A DNA stretch of 62,695 nucleotides from Trypethelium eluteriae (lineage: Eukaryota): contig JAVECL010000072.1 of NCBI GenBank assembly GCA_051942245.1, positions 1 to 62,695 of the forward strand. The letters are read 5' to 3'. Position numbers and translations under genes: made by a program. Of the stretch, positions 13,720-26,211 are shown one piece after another. How positions within the stretch are numbered: position 1 is the first letter of the stretch; every line of letters starts with the position of its first letter. A model generated the notes under the pieces. The model worked only from the letters and a program-made list of their open reading frames with translations, was not told the DNA's origin and made no database searches.

Positions 13720-15946
13720 ATGGCCTCCAATCGCAAACTTACAGATTTCTTCAAGCCGTATGTGCAAGACCAAGGCAATCGTACTGCAAGTGATTTCAAA
13801 ATTACAATAAGTCTGTTTTCCCGGCTACTACACATCGGAGCAAGACTGACAGCCTTGTGTTAAAGGCCCAAAAGCAAAGGCGTCTTCACGAGCATTACGC
13901 AATGGTGACAGGCGATCCGAAACTCCTTCAGCGCCACCAAAATCGGGCCGGACCACAACGCAGGCTCGGCGTCAAGAATTACCACAAACTTCTAGCAACA
14001 GCTTGGATTCCTCATCAGAACGGGCAGATTCGGCAGGTCGCTCTTCCCGAGATATCGCGCACACACTTGATCGCGAAAGAACCAAAGCAGGAATTCCGAA
14101 TGTTGCACAGCAAAAACCTATCTCTAGTGGCCTTTCCGAACGCAGTTCCTTTACAACTATCTCATCTCAGACACCGCCTCCATCGTCTGCTAGAAGAATC
14201 ACAAGCAGTGGGGAAGTGGTGGTGAAAAACTCGGATTCGGAGGATGGAGACTCTGATTCCTCTCTTGAAGACATAGATGAGCTGGTAGCAAGAAAAAAAG
14301 CGACTTCTGTTCTCGCTTCCTTTCAGGGTCCCTCAAACACCCAGAGCTCTGGCAAGTTTAACTCACACTTGCCGACTCGATCGACCAAGCCTACAAGCAA
14401 ACTGAATCATCGAACCACCGCAGAGCCAGAATCCCAAAGATCGTATAAATTTAACCTCAGATCCCTTGTCAATCAATTCGATACGGACACAGCTTCCAAA
14501 GAGCGAATTGAAAGGGCCAAGAATGCGCTCGACGCAGAAAATGAGAAAGCCAAGAAAGACGAAGACACTAGAAAAAGGGTCAAGGTAGCAGGCGCTTCTG
14601 AAAATGGTGTAATCGATGAAAGCTCTTTCACTTCTGTCGTGAATGGAAGTGATGGTGAGGAGGACCCACAAAGAGTCATGGCGGCTATGCGGCGTACCGA
14701 AGCACTACAGCAAGATCTGATGTGGCACTTTTTCAATGATGAGCCCAAGCCTCTCCCGAAGAGGCAACCCTTTCCTGTACAAGCTCTTCCAGAGACTGGC
14801 TGGATGACAGCCCTGAAGGGATCATTCGAACGTCAACAGGCATGTTTGACTGGCTTTGTGCGTGATATGGCAAAACTCCAGGAACTCCCATCTGAAATCA
14901 TATCATGGATGCTGGATGAAGTTATGTTTGAACCTCGCGATGACCTAGCGTACGCATACATGAGAATTCTTGAACAAAGCCCACAGGTGCTGAAAGAGAC
15001 CCTCACTATACATCGCTTCGACGCGATCCTTGACGAGCTTGGGGCTAGAGAGAAGGCAAAGAGACTTGATGAGACGACATATCCGACTTTCCGAGCAAAA
15101 GAATCTTTTCCACCTGTTCCTAAAAGATTATGCCGTCTCTTTGAGGCCTTGAAGAGTTTTGCTGAATTACACGAGGTGAGTCCCGAGACTCGAAGTTATG
15201 CGTTGAAGATCCTGTTACGACTGGGCATGGATGATTCTGTCCGAGCGGACGGTCATTCAACGTGTAGTCTCGAAGATGCTCTTGTTGCACTTGCTCGAGA
15301 CGATGAGACCTGGAAACAGAATACTTCGCTCCTCGAAATTGGCGTATCGGCGTTCGCCACTACTCAAAATGCACAGCTCCGTCTTCGGATTCTTCAGTGC
15401 GTACCTAATATAAACGGCCAAATGGAAGACTTCAGGCGACATCTCGCGCTCTGCTTTTTCCTTGGTGATGAAGCATACCTCTCTTGCAACCTGGCAGATT
15501 CCTTTCTAGCCTCTAGAATTGTCGCTCATCTACGCACCTCACCACTCTACGACCCCAATCCCCAAACCGACTATGCCAATCTTGGGGCACTTATCTCCAT
15601 CCTAGACATCTCAATCGGTTCTGGTTTTGGGTCTTTGCCATTTCCGTCAAAGGACGCTGAAGCTGACTTCAATCGAAGTATCGATGCGTTGTCACAACAG
15701 ATAACGGCGCTGCATAATAGCATTATCGATACAGGAGCAAGCCATATGAAGCGTACAGAAGCTAAAAATGCATTGGAGCGACTAAAGTACAGGCTCGAAT
15801 TTAGCGTGCGGACCAAGCCGAAACCAAAGAAAAATGTGTTTGGCGACGTCGTTGGGAAGCATAGCCTGGATGGTTATGCGCAAGATGCAAACGTGATGAC
15901 GAAGTTTCTCGACAAGGAGAAAGCTGTGCAGATTGATGCAATGTAA
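13720..15946 (+). CDS. Conserved fungal nuclear protein, probable Smc5/6-associated Nse6/SLF2 (CANIN-domain)-like
   Basis: The 647-aa ORF frame is open back to 13853. First exon MASNRKLTDFFKP.. from ATG 13720 joins via a probable GC-AG intron 13786-13852. It has an acidic SDSEDGDSDSSLED patch, YKFNLRSLV, and a helical C-terminal domain ending RLEFSVRTKPKPKK. The family call is from recalled resemblance only. Confidence 0.6.
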
Positions 15947-16232
15947 CGCCTAGAGAACGATTCGATTATGTCTTGGCGTATGGAGAAAAGCTCGGAGTCA
16001 AGTGGACGAACGACCTAGGAATGCTACAAGGATTTCTTGTGAGTATAGAACTATCTTAGGAGTCAGAGGAGCAAAAGATGATACGTATATCATGTACATG
16101 CAACACTTAAAGCACGACCAGATCGACCACCAATGTAGGTCCAATATACATCTTCAGAAGCCAGCGCCAGGCCACAATCAGATGCAGCAACAATAGGTCT
16201 AGGAAAGGTCCTGTTGTGAGACGGTCCGTTCT

Positions 16233-17056
16233 CTAGTCATGAAACTTTCTGTTCTGGTTCTCGCCAAAGAGAGTCGTCCTTATATTGGGCAAAGCTTCGG
16301 TTTCCAATAGTTTGAGCCGCTCGTCGAAAGTATTGTTGATGTCGATCTTCCCAGAGCCGCCTATTATTGAGAGACCACCAGCACTGCCCGTAGTTAGCTC
16401 AAACCAGTCCCTACGGTGGAGTAGACCTGAAGACTCACGATCCCTCGGGCTGAGGATTAGCCTCATCAATGTCAATCTGCACGTTCTTCTTGACATTCTG
16501 CTTGTATTCACTCGCGGCCGCCTCTGACGCCTTCTTGACCAAATCATAGTCTGCCTTCCGTGCCCGAACTTGGATCTTGTCTTCATTCAATGCATACGCC
16601 CCCTCCAGAATCAAGTTCCTCACGATCTCCTCATATCTCTTCTTATCCTTGGTCGCCTCCCCCAGCCTTCCCCTCGCCTGTTCAAACAGTCCGTCCAGCA
16701 GCTCCTGCCTACTGCTCAGTATCCGTAGACGTGTCTTGTTGGCGACAGTCGAGCGGGCGATCTGCTGCGACATGGCAGCCTGCTTGAACTTCTTCTCATA
16801 GGTGGAGTCAATAGAAGAGGTTTCTTGGCGGACAAGCTTGGATTTCTCGATAGCGAATTCTTCGTCGGCCTTGATTTGGATTTCCTTTGCTTTCTCAAGT
16901 GCTTCCTGACGGATAAAAGCCGTCATTTTCTTTAGCTCCCCGGCGACCTACCGAATGAGACATATTAGACATGGTGGCTTCTTTGGAGAAGGGCATAGTA
17001 AGTGGGAAAGAAGAAGACTTCACCTGGTCGTCGGACATAGCATGAACCTGCGACAT
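16233..17056 (-). CDS. VMA4: V-type H+-ATPase subunit E, 3 exons
   Basis: MSQVHAMSDDQ|VAGELKKMTAFIRQEALEKAKEIQIKADEEFAIEKSKLV...KIDINNTFDERL. Introns 17023-16948 and 16438-16384. Confidence 0.97.
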
Positions 17057-17486
17057 GTCGAATGATCTTGGGTAAACCCGAAATCTTGTGTAATTGGGAA
17101 TTTCCTGAGTGTAAGGAGTGGTGGGTATCAAGTGACCAGCTAGATGTTGTTATGATCTGGCGAAGCTGTCCCTTGTCCCTTGTCCCTTGTCTGCTGCCCC
17201 TCGGTTCCCTGCACGGCCCGCTGACCTCACCGACGAATCGTGAAACTGCAACTGCAATGGACAACGATGCCCAAGTCGGTCATTCTTTCGCTCACTCGTA
17301 CCGCTCCATCTCCTCCCTGCCAGACTCTTTTTGCTTCCCACTAAATCGCATCTCGCACACAATGGATTCAGTCCCGCGTCTCCCACAGAGATAGCATAAA
17401 TGGCGAAGGCGCTCTCCGTACTCATTACTGAAGCATCAACAGAGTCACCAAGGCCAGGACGGCATTAAGAGCGGGCGTTCGTGGGC

Positions 17487-19375
17487 ATGATTCCTCCTGG
17501 CGGAGTCATTGCGGTTAGACTCTGCCTTCCGAGGAACTCTTAGAATCAGCATTGACGGATGTTTGCGCATAGCTTGGTGTCCTCGTGGGCCTGGTGTCTA
17601 CCAGCATTCAAAGCGTCGGTCTTACGCTCCAGCGCAAGTCACATCTCCTGGAAGATGAGAAATATGAACAGGATACAAAACGTCCTCCGTACAGGCGGCG
17701 GAGATGGCAGGTCAGAATCACAGTTCCTGGGCAACTTTGGTTTAGATGGGAAGTAAAATGCTGATGCGACCATGGGATGAATAGCTGGGCATGCTCATGT
17801 TCATAGCCGCCAACATCGTCGGTTCAACGATCCAAATAACAACCCTCCCTCTTCCTGTGCTATCTACACTACAAGCTGTATGTTTTTACATTCTTTCTCG
17901 TCCCAGCAGACCGATCCTGAACTGACCGATTCTCAAAGTCTGGCCTTGTTTTCAATAGCATTTGCGCCTCGCTACTCCTCCAGGAACCTTTTACTCGTTA
18001 CTCCTTGATAGGCACTGTGCTTGTCGCCCTGGGTGCCCTTCTGATTGCACTATACGGTGCTATTCCTGAGCCGTCACACTCTCTTCGCGGCCTGCTCCTG
18101 CTCCTTGGCCGCTCAGAATTCATTGCCTGGATCATTGCCACATTCGTCGCTGTCTTCTGCCTCATAGGAATCGCCTTTGTCCTTGCGCGCCTCTCAAATC
18201 CCGCCTCCAAAATTTCAAGCAGGTACAGATGGGTAGGCAACATCAGCGCAGGTGGCCCGTGGATAGCGCGCATGAAACTCATGCGAGGCATGTGCTATGG
18301 TTGCATCTCTGGCATCCTCTCCGCACACACGCTACTCCTCGCCAAGTCCGCCGTCGAACTCCTTGTCACTACCTTTACTTCAGCCAACCAGTTCCTCCAA
18401 TATCAATCTTGGCTCATCCTTCTGGGCCTTGTTGTCCTCGCTTTGTCACAACTCTATTACCTGCATCGCGGCCTAAAAATTTGTTCCACTAGTGTACTCT
18501 ACCCCTTTGTTTTTTGTATCTACAACATCACAGCGATCCTAGATGGCCTAATCTACTTCCATCAAACTGACCGGCTGCCACCGCTGCACGCGGGTCTCAT
18601 CGCGGTCGGCACCGTCATCCTCCTCACCGGCGTCGTCGCCCTCTCGTGGCGCCTCCACGATCACAGCCCAGGCTCTTCGAACCACCACCTCCACTCCGGT
18701 CCCACCACCCCCGCCGTTCCCGGCACCGCTTTCGCTCCCGGCATGGGCTTAGTCGACGACGAATACGACTCCTCTCCCCACACATCCGCTCCTCCCTCAC
18801 CCTCAACCCCATCATCCCCGTCCTTTTCCGCCGACCACGCCATCCGCCCTAGCCGAGACGAAGAGGAAGCTCTCGCCCTTGACGGCGACAACGAAGAAGA
18901 CGGGCCAGTCCATCAGCGTCCCAGCGAACACACCCCGCTCTTACTCTCCCGCTCCCAGCGCCGGCGCACAGTAGCGAACCTGCCGCAGAACTCGTCCTCG
19001 GAGCTCTGGGATGACCTCCACGACACGTCGACTACCACATCGGACTGGGGCACTATCGCCCAGCCACGGACGTCGCGCAGTCGGGCGCGCTCGGCGGCCG
19101 GAATTCTCGGGCGGAGAGTGGGAAGTGGCGGGGAGCAGCCTGACGAGAGCTTGATGTCGAGTACGGGGAGTTTAGCAGGTTTGGGGAGGATGGGCACGGG
19201 AAGGAGTCGACGCGGGGTGGGGAGGCGGAGCGGGAGAAGAGTAAGTAGTGTGAGGAGTGCGGGGAAGAAGAGGCAGGATGCGTTGGGAGGGTGGTTTAAG
19301 CTTGGTTGGTGGAGAAGACGTATGGGAAGAGGAAGAGAAGATGAAGAGGGGAGCGGTGATGAAGCAGTATCGTAG
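17487..19375 (+). CDS. NIPA/DUF803 (EamA-like) Mg2+ transporter family protein, 4 exons
   Basis: Spliced N-terminus MIPPGGVIA|LGVLVGLVSTSIQSVGLTLQRKSH..RRRRWQ|LGMLMFIAANIVGSTIQITTLPLPVLSTLQA|SGLVFNS. Multiple TM helices, LLAKSAVEL, and a disordered C-tail. Confidence 0.85.
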
Positions 19376-19951
19376 GCGACAAAATCGCTTTAACAACCAT
19401 TGCATGGTGGAGGAATTGTGAGGATGGATCGCGCGTGGAGAGAGGTTGGTGGATACCTATATGATATTGGAGAGGTGATTATCCACGCATTTCGGAAGAG
19501 GAAGACGTAATCTCGGAATACCCAATACCCTAGATCGTCATGGCGCACGAATTTAATTTGTTTTGGATTGAAACTTTGTCTTTAATCGTCCATTCGTGAC
19601 TACGGGTCTATCAACATTCTACCATCAGGAGCCCGCTGGTGAAGTCAACCGTTTCATATTGTGTTCAACGATGACAGCTCACCAGTCGTCTGCGAGACAT
19701 GCAGCGGGCTTCGGAGCAGAATGTACCTAGTTTATTGTATGCCGAACCGTTTTCTGGATATCTTTGCGAGGACTGTCCCACGTAGACTGCGGAGTCTTGG
19801 TATTTCCTCTAAAGAGTGGTGTTTCCATCATTATCCATCCATCTCGCTACCATCCAAACGAAGACTTCCTCCATCTAATCCCAGTGCATGCCCCATTACT
19901 CCGAACCTCCAGTCTAATTCCTCAATCGCTCCAGACCATCTTCCTCTACCT

Positions 19952-20869
19952 CTACCAGAAATCCGCCTCCGTCACTTCTTTGACAATTCTCCATGCCCCA
20001 CCCGGTTGCAATCGCCGATAATATTGGTCTTCAAACTCAACCCTCACGAAACCCCTCGCCTCATACCACGCCAGCGCCTCCTCGTTCGCCTCCCACACGT
20101 GCGCCTGCACCTCCTCGATACCATAATCGGCGACTGCACGCACCAACAACGTCAGGAGCAAGTGCGTCGCGATGTTGTGCCGTCGGTATGGTGCCAGCAC
20201 CGCCAGCGTCGAGATGTACAGGATGGGCGGTACCTGTCGCTGCTGCTCCCACCACTTCTCCATTGACTCCGACGGCGACGACGACGGCGGAGGACTTGGC
20301 AGTCGTGGCGAGGACGGAGGCGGGGAGAGGAGTTTGCAGCGGACGCCGCCGACGACGGTGCCGGTGTCGGTGGGGCGGTCGTGCCAAATGGCGAGGAGGG
20401 TGACCGAGGCGGTGACTTCATCGGTGAGGGTCTCGGTGTAGAAATTTTTAGGATAGGGGATTGGGAGAAGGAGTGAGTTGAGACGTTGGAAGGCGGGCAA
20501 GGTGTGAGGCTTCACTGGATCCAGGGACACGTTCGGGGGGAGGGTCCTGAGTCGAGAACTGACGGTTGGAGGAGAGGTAGTCCGAGAGCTGGATACTTCT
20601 CGAGTCATATTCGCGACTTTATTTGCGATATCAGAGGTAGGTGGGTCTAGTGAAGGATTTGTTTCTGCTGGTGGTTGTGATTGGGGGTTTGTTTGTCGCG
20701 TCTCGCCAGCTTCAAGTAGACGCTCGATACTGACTGGCAAGCTTGACATCGCAGCAGCATACCGCGACTCTGCGGCTCTGGAAGAAACATGGGCGCTGGT
20801 CTCTGAACGTGCATCGTCCCGGTCGCTTTGAGGCTTATTAAGCCAATTTGCTAGAGTGGATTGGACCAT
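19952..20869 (-). CDS. GNAT N-acetyltransferase, Naa50/Nat5-like
   Basis: RLNSLLLPIPYP..FY, LYISTLAVLAPYRRHNIATHLL, HVWEANEEALAWYEARGF, YYRRL. Confidence 0.85.
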   Translation of the reverse strand: MVQSTLANWLNKPQSDRDDARSETSAHVSSRAAESRYAAAMSSLPVSIERLLEAGETRQTNPQSQPPAETNPSLDPPTSDIANKVANMTREVSSSRTTSPPTVSSRLRTLPPNVSLDPVKPHTLPAFQRLNSLLLPIPYPKNFYTETLTDEVTASVTLLAIWHDRPTDTGTVVGGVRCKLLSPPPSSPRLPSPPPSSSPSESMEKWWEQQRQVPPILYISTLAVLAPYRRHNIATHLLLTLLVRAVADYGIEEVQAHVWEANEEALAWYEARGFVRVEFEDQYYRRLQPGGAWRIVKEVTEADFW

Positions 20870-21196
20870 TGGAATAATGAAAGTGATGATAGGAGGGATG
20901 ATTCGACGCGTAGCTAATGCTGATCGGGTAAGAAACTTAGCTTCTGAAGGGGAAAAGAAATTTTTTCAAAGACCTTAGCGCGCAAGTGAGCATTTTAGAA
21001 GCCTGCGCAATACCTACCGTCCCAAGCAGTTCAACACAAGGTACCAATAGAAGGTGGTTCCAGTGAGGAGCAGTCACGGCGGAGGTGAATGTTGACTTCC
21101 GTCTAGGCGGTCCGGTCCTCACCCGTCCCTCTCCTCTCTACCTAACCTAACTTTTTGAAAATCACGACTCACTTCCAACCCTTCATCACTACCAGA

Positions 21197-21904
21197 ATGG
21201 GTGCTGGAGAGTCCAAAGAGGTTAGCGCACCATCACAACATGTCTTCACGGTGTAAGCTATTGCATTGAGCCCCATTGAACTTAAAGGAACCAATTTGAC
21301 CGACTATCAGCGACCAACCTGTCCGCTTCTCCTCCGAGCTTGTACATTCACTACAGAGCAGTCCTGAGGTACATACTCCCATTGCCCGCCCTTCCTATAA
21401 TGTTCCCTTCCATTTCAATTGCAATACGCATCAGCTTAGTTCCACGCCTTTCTCTAGACCGATTCTACCCGCGCCCGCAATCAAGAGCTTCAAATCCAAT
21501 CCCGCGTTACCACTGAGCTTGAGCGCCTCGCCTCCGAATCCGCAAAACACCTTTCCGATTTGACTGCTGCTGCAACGTCTTCCTCATCATCACAAGAACC
21601 ATCCTCTAGTTCTGACCCCTCTCACCTCGACAAAGCCAGATCGGCTATTACTGGCAGTGCCCCAAACTCCTCAGAGCCTTCCCATGACTCAGTCCAAAAG
21701 GAAATTTCGGAGCTAAGAAAGAAGCTAGAAGAAAGAAAGAAAATAGAGAAGATAGACTCAGCAACAGAGAAAGCAAGGGAGGAGTTGGTGGCATGCTTGC
21801 GGACGAATGATCGAAGGCCGTTAGACTGTTGGAGGGAGGTAGAAGACTTCAAGAGAGAAGTTGGACGCTTGGAGAGGAGATTTGTGGAAGGAGCTGTGAG
21901 ATAG
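21197..21904 (+). CDS. MIC19: MICOS complex subunit Mic19 (DUF1690), 3 exons
   Basis: MGAGESK (myristoylation-type N-terminus)..PVRFSSELVHSLQSSPE|TDSTRAR..ELQIQSRV; C-terminal CLRTNDRRPLDCWREVEDFK. Confidence 0.88.
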
Positions 21905-22317
21905 TAAGGGAGATTCTCAAGAAGTGGATAGTATGCAAGAGTTGTGGGTGAGAAGGTCATCAGGCAGTGTACATTATTGGTGAAAATTGCGTGCATGAAT
22001 TGACCTGCCAAAGTTAGGTTTGCTTCTGTATATTCCAAATATATGCATGCCACTGGAATCCAATGGAAGGAATGGCGTTTCTTCGACCAACAAAGTCTTG
22101 TATCTTCAGGAGGTTCGGACCTGCCCTTTCCACACACTAATTACCCATTTGATTTCAAGAGGATGTCATTGTCAGGGATACTTCATAACTATTTACACTC
22201 TCACTTCAAGCACACCGCCCAAGCTCTAAGAGCTAATACAGAAAGCATGTGCAAGGTAAGTGAATAATAGCACATCCTCTTTCCAAGAGACTTTGCTTGA
22301 GCGGCAACCTTCTTCAC

Positions 22318-22605
22318 TCAAGCATTCCCGCCGCAGTTCTCGGGATGGTTGAGACAGTCCTCGTCTGTACTTCCTCCACTTGTCGCCGTATTTGGCCCTG
22401 TCGCCGGTGTGCTCGGCGCGGGCGGTGGCGGTGGTCTGCTATGTGGGTGTACAGGAGCACGAGTGGGGCTACTGTTGGGTTGATCGCCGCAGGTATGATC
22501 AATCTCCTGGATGGTAGGCTTTGGTATCGCTGAAGACGTTGGCAGAGCCCACGCACCTAGATTTAGGGTGAGGCCGGTCAGGGTTAGAAGGGTTATGAGT
22601 TGCAT
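22318..22605 (-). CDS. Small secreted Pro-rich, Cys-containing peptide (95 aa)
   Basis: ATG start with a hydrophobic signal peptide ending AWA-LP, a Pro-rich linker and 3 Cys (C-terminal DCLNHPENCGGNA). Confidence 0.65.
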   Translation of the reverse strand: MQLITLLTLTGLTLNLGAWALPTSSAIPKPTIQEIDHTCGDQPNSSPTRAPVHPHSRPPPPPAPSTPATGPNTATSGGSTDEDCLNHPENCGGNA

Positions 22606-22813
22606 GGCCGTAACTTTGACCTTAACTTGTTGTGATAGGTGGACGCGTTCGATTTGTTAAATTTGTTTGAGCTATTGGTGGAATTGGAGGCCTTGTGCTT
22701 TTTTAAAGTTGCGGTAGTTGGTCTTGCATACAGTTCTAGATTACGACATGATACGATTTGTGAATAAGGTGTCTACTTTGACGTGACGTGCATGGAAGAG
22801 TAAGATCATTCAC

Positions 22814-22968
22814 AAAGGTTGTGTCATTATTCATAACTTAAGCTTGCGTCATTGTTCTTGAGTTAAAGCGTGTGCCATTGTTCATGACTTCAAAGCTTGT
22901 GTCATTGTTGATGACTGGGTCGTGCAAAATCTTATTGTTCCTGTCATGTGCGATATCGGAACAATAAG
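22814..22968. promoter_or_regulatory. Tandem 25-27-bp repeat x4 plus 11-bp inverted repeat carrying ATTGTT (HMG-box-like) motifs
   Basis: Four units of roughly AAAGCTTGTGTCATTGTTCATGACTT, then CTTATTGTTCC (22931-22941) and GGAACAATAAG (22958-22968). The regulatory role is inferred. Confidence 0.55.
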
Positions 22969-24684
22969 AGAAGTCCTTAATTGAAAGAAGATAGCACTCA
23001 GTCGTCATCAGTGCCAAACAGCCCAGTACTGCTTGAGTCAGACGAAACGTAATAGAATCGTGAACGACCAGTGCCCAATCCTGCTGTGCGATTCGGAAGA
23101 AGCGAGGCGTCAGGTTAAGGTTCGACTAGACAGTTGGCAATGGAAAGAATTGAAAAAGCAAAAAGCAACCCCTGAATCCTTCTGTAGGCATAGAAATATT
23201 TCTCTTGATGATTTGAATAATACTCATGAACCAGGCTAAGGCTAGCAGCAGTCTACTACAGCAGGCGACCAATTGCAATAGACATCATCCGAAGCATCCT
23301 CGAAGGGAAGCCCTACGATCGGGTGTCGAGATTAGGGTATCTCGGGGGATGCCACCCGGCCGAATTATCCATTATGAATAATAATACCTTGACCATTCCT
23401 GCCCCGATTCCGGCCATTTATCGATCCCAGACTGCGTTCACATGCGTTTAGACAATTCAGTCCAGGGTGGAGGACCTTGATTCCTTGGCCGGTGTGCGAA
23501 GGCAGCTCCATCCCGACAGGCAACCACTGAAACCATTACCTGGAGCTTTGCGGTGAGATGAAACCAAGGTACAGTACGCAATACGGATTACGAGAATGAT
23601 CATCGGTGAAGCGAATGATAAGGGTGGTGAGCCTGGTCAAGGTACATGGCGTGCATGTACGAATGTGGACGTGTAAGCCGCAAAGGAACATGGAACGGTA
23701 CCATGCAGGATTAGTCGCATTACAAGTGGGGAAATAGCGTTGGTGTAGGACAGCTGTAAAGAGAGGACACACGAAGATCCCTACCAAGGCTGACTTCCCT
23801 AATCTACTCCAGCATCATTGGACGGCGGAGAGTTCCAACGCCCACCCCTTCCAGAGCGAGATTTCAGCCTGATGAACGGCTGATTCCTTCTTGTCCCTTC
23901 GCCAGGGCGGTCCCTGTCCGACAGCCTTACAGTTCTAAGCCCCAAACCGGAGGCGAGCTTTTTCGAGTACTGCATGAGCTTGTCTGGCGTGCGAGATGGT
24001 AAGAGCACTTGCAGCTGGAAGAGAGCTAGGATGATGCATTGGTGGGGTTGAGAATGAAGAGGCAGCAGCAGCAAGCAGCGCAAGCACAGGGGTTTTAGGA
24101 TCGAGGAGCGCCAGGAGCTGGGTCTGGTGGGAGAGTGGGAGGCTGCCAGCGATGGTTAGCGTCGGTCGCGACAGGGATCAGGGGCCCCAGATGCAATCAC
24201 GTGCGATTGCCTCAATGGGATTCCTTTGACGGAATCCGACGGATGGGCGGAAAGTTCACCGTTGAAGGTGCATCACAGGGCAACGGCGCGAACGAAAAAA
24301 GTCAAAGCCGGACACGTCGCGCTTCAAGAACTAGCTATCCTGCGACAGGTAATTTGTTTAAAGCGCCACGGATCGGGCAGTGTGTTTCTCCTCCCACCGG
24401 GTCTGTGCCGATTAGCAAGCTGAAAGACGGCCTAATACATGTGCTAGGCCGTGCTAGGGCTGTACTCCCTGGTGATCGGGGCAGGAAGTCGTTCAGCTCC
24501 GTGCCTTCCCCCTCTCTGGTGCAGCGCCTGCCTCTGCGCTCAAAACCCAGCCTACTTCCGACACCTCTAAACCCTTCCTGTCATCCATAATCCTACTCTT
24601 TTCTTACTAGTTACTGCCCGTTTCGTGCGAGCTGCCGCATCCGAGTCGTGCCTCCGAACAGAAACAGAGGAACGCCTGAACAAA

Positions 24685-25571
24685 ATGGCAACTGAAGTCA
24701 CCGACGAGCAACAATCTCCTTCTGCTCACGAAGACAATGGCAACGGCACTGGCCTGGGCGCCGACCCCAATCGTGGAGTCAAGCGTCCACGTCCCAGCGC
24801 TGCCGCCGACGACGACGACGACGATGACGATAAACCCGGCCGCGAGCGAAGAAAGATTGAGATCAAGTTTATTCAGGACAAGAGCAGGAGACACATTACA
24901 TTCTCCAAGCGGAAGGCTGGCATCATGAAAAAGGTCTGTCGCCTTCAATTGCGTATGCGCGCCGTGCGACCGCAATCCCATTTACCCACAACGCGCTCAA
25001 GCTCTACCACAACACCACACGCGTCACAGTCACTAATGCGCCTTTGTTTACTTACAGGCATACGAATTATCTGTCTTGACTGGCACCCAAGTGCTTCTTC
25101 TGGTCGTGTCGGAGACCGGTCTGGTCTACACTTTTACCACTCCCAAGCTCCAGCCTCTCGTCACGAAGCCCGAAGGCAAGAACCTAATTCAAGTAAGTTT
25201 GCGCCAATCCCATACCAATTATCGCTCAATTGCATTTACCGATACACCAAATGCAACCTGACTAACGTTGCTGTCAGGCCTGTCTCAACGCGCCCGAACC
25301 TGCCTCGGAATCAAATGGTGTTGACGGCGACGGCGGCGCCTCAGCTGTCGAATCCCCCGAAGACCACGCGCAAATTCCACAAGCATCGATGCCGCGTCAA
25401 ACAAGCAATTCACAGCCCGCCTCGCTGCCGCCGGGTTACGGTATGACTCCAGAGCAGCAGCAACAACTCCAATACCAGGCATATCTACAGCAAACACAGC
25501 AACCGCCTCAGGGTGCGTATCCAGGGATGCCCCACGGTGGCGGAATGCCACGGCACCCAGGCCACCAGTAA
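24685..25571 (+). CDS. MCM1: MADS-box transcription factor Mcm1/SRF type, 3 exons
   Basis: RERRKIEIKFIQDKSRRHITFSKRKAGIMKK|AYELSVLTGTQVLLLVVSETGLVYTFTTPKLQPLV. Introns 24934-25057 and 25193-25277. Gln-rich tail. Confidence 0.97.
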
Positions 25572-26211
25572 TTGAAGATAGCGGGCGTTGCACTAGGATC
25601 AGTGGCAACAGAACATTCTTACAGAAATGGGATTCTGTAGAAACCGAATCGAGGGATGAGGTGGTGGGTGATGAATACCGGAGAGTGAAGGATTCTTAGC
25701 GGTCGGCGAATGATGGAGTGAACAGGATAGGACTACATCTCTTTAACATTCGACTGCGGAGGTGTTCAAGGGGTGTCCTTTCGGATTTCTCCCTAGAGTC
25801 ATGGCCGCTTGACTTTTCTACCCCCATTTCTTCGCATCTGTCTCCACTATACCTAAATATCTGCACTTCATTAAGGTAATATCCTGGCAAGGATGCGAGC
25901 TGCTGTCGCTGACCTCTTAACAAACCGGGGAAGAGGAGGTTGCTCAGGTTACGCTGGTGATGGATACTGAGGAAAGGCACAGCACAGCTCGTTCTTTGTA
26001 AAAGCTATTCTCTCATACCCATGCACCTCTCATTGAGCAATCCCATCTCAAATGTGATGCACTTGGACTGTGATGATTTTGCCTCTGATTTCAGATGCCG
26101 GCTTTGAAGCATTGTTGGCTCGAACTTCTACTTGACTAGCGATACCGTCTCTGGACCTTAACATCGAATAACTTCCAGCTCCAGTCCCTTGCCGCTGGTC
26201 TGTCCTATACT

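Noticed and set aside
22814..22910. Repeat units translate as CVII/CVIV/CAIV, resembling a multi-CAAX pheromone precursor, or a CRISPR-like array
   Set aside because: Units are spaced 25, 26 and 27 nt so they are not in one frame, there is no terminal CAAX-stop, there are no unique spacers, and the context is eukaryotic
24135..24590. 151-aa ORF upstream of MCM1
   Set aside because: GTG start, promoter-like sequence and no recognisable domain
24625..25446. 273-aa ORF as the MCM1 product
   Set aside because: It reads through introns; the spliced model restores the full MADS box
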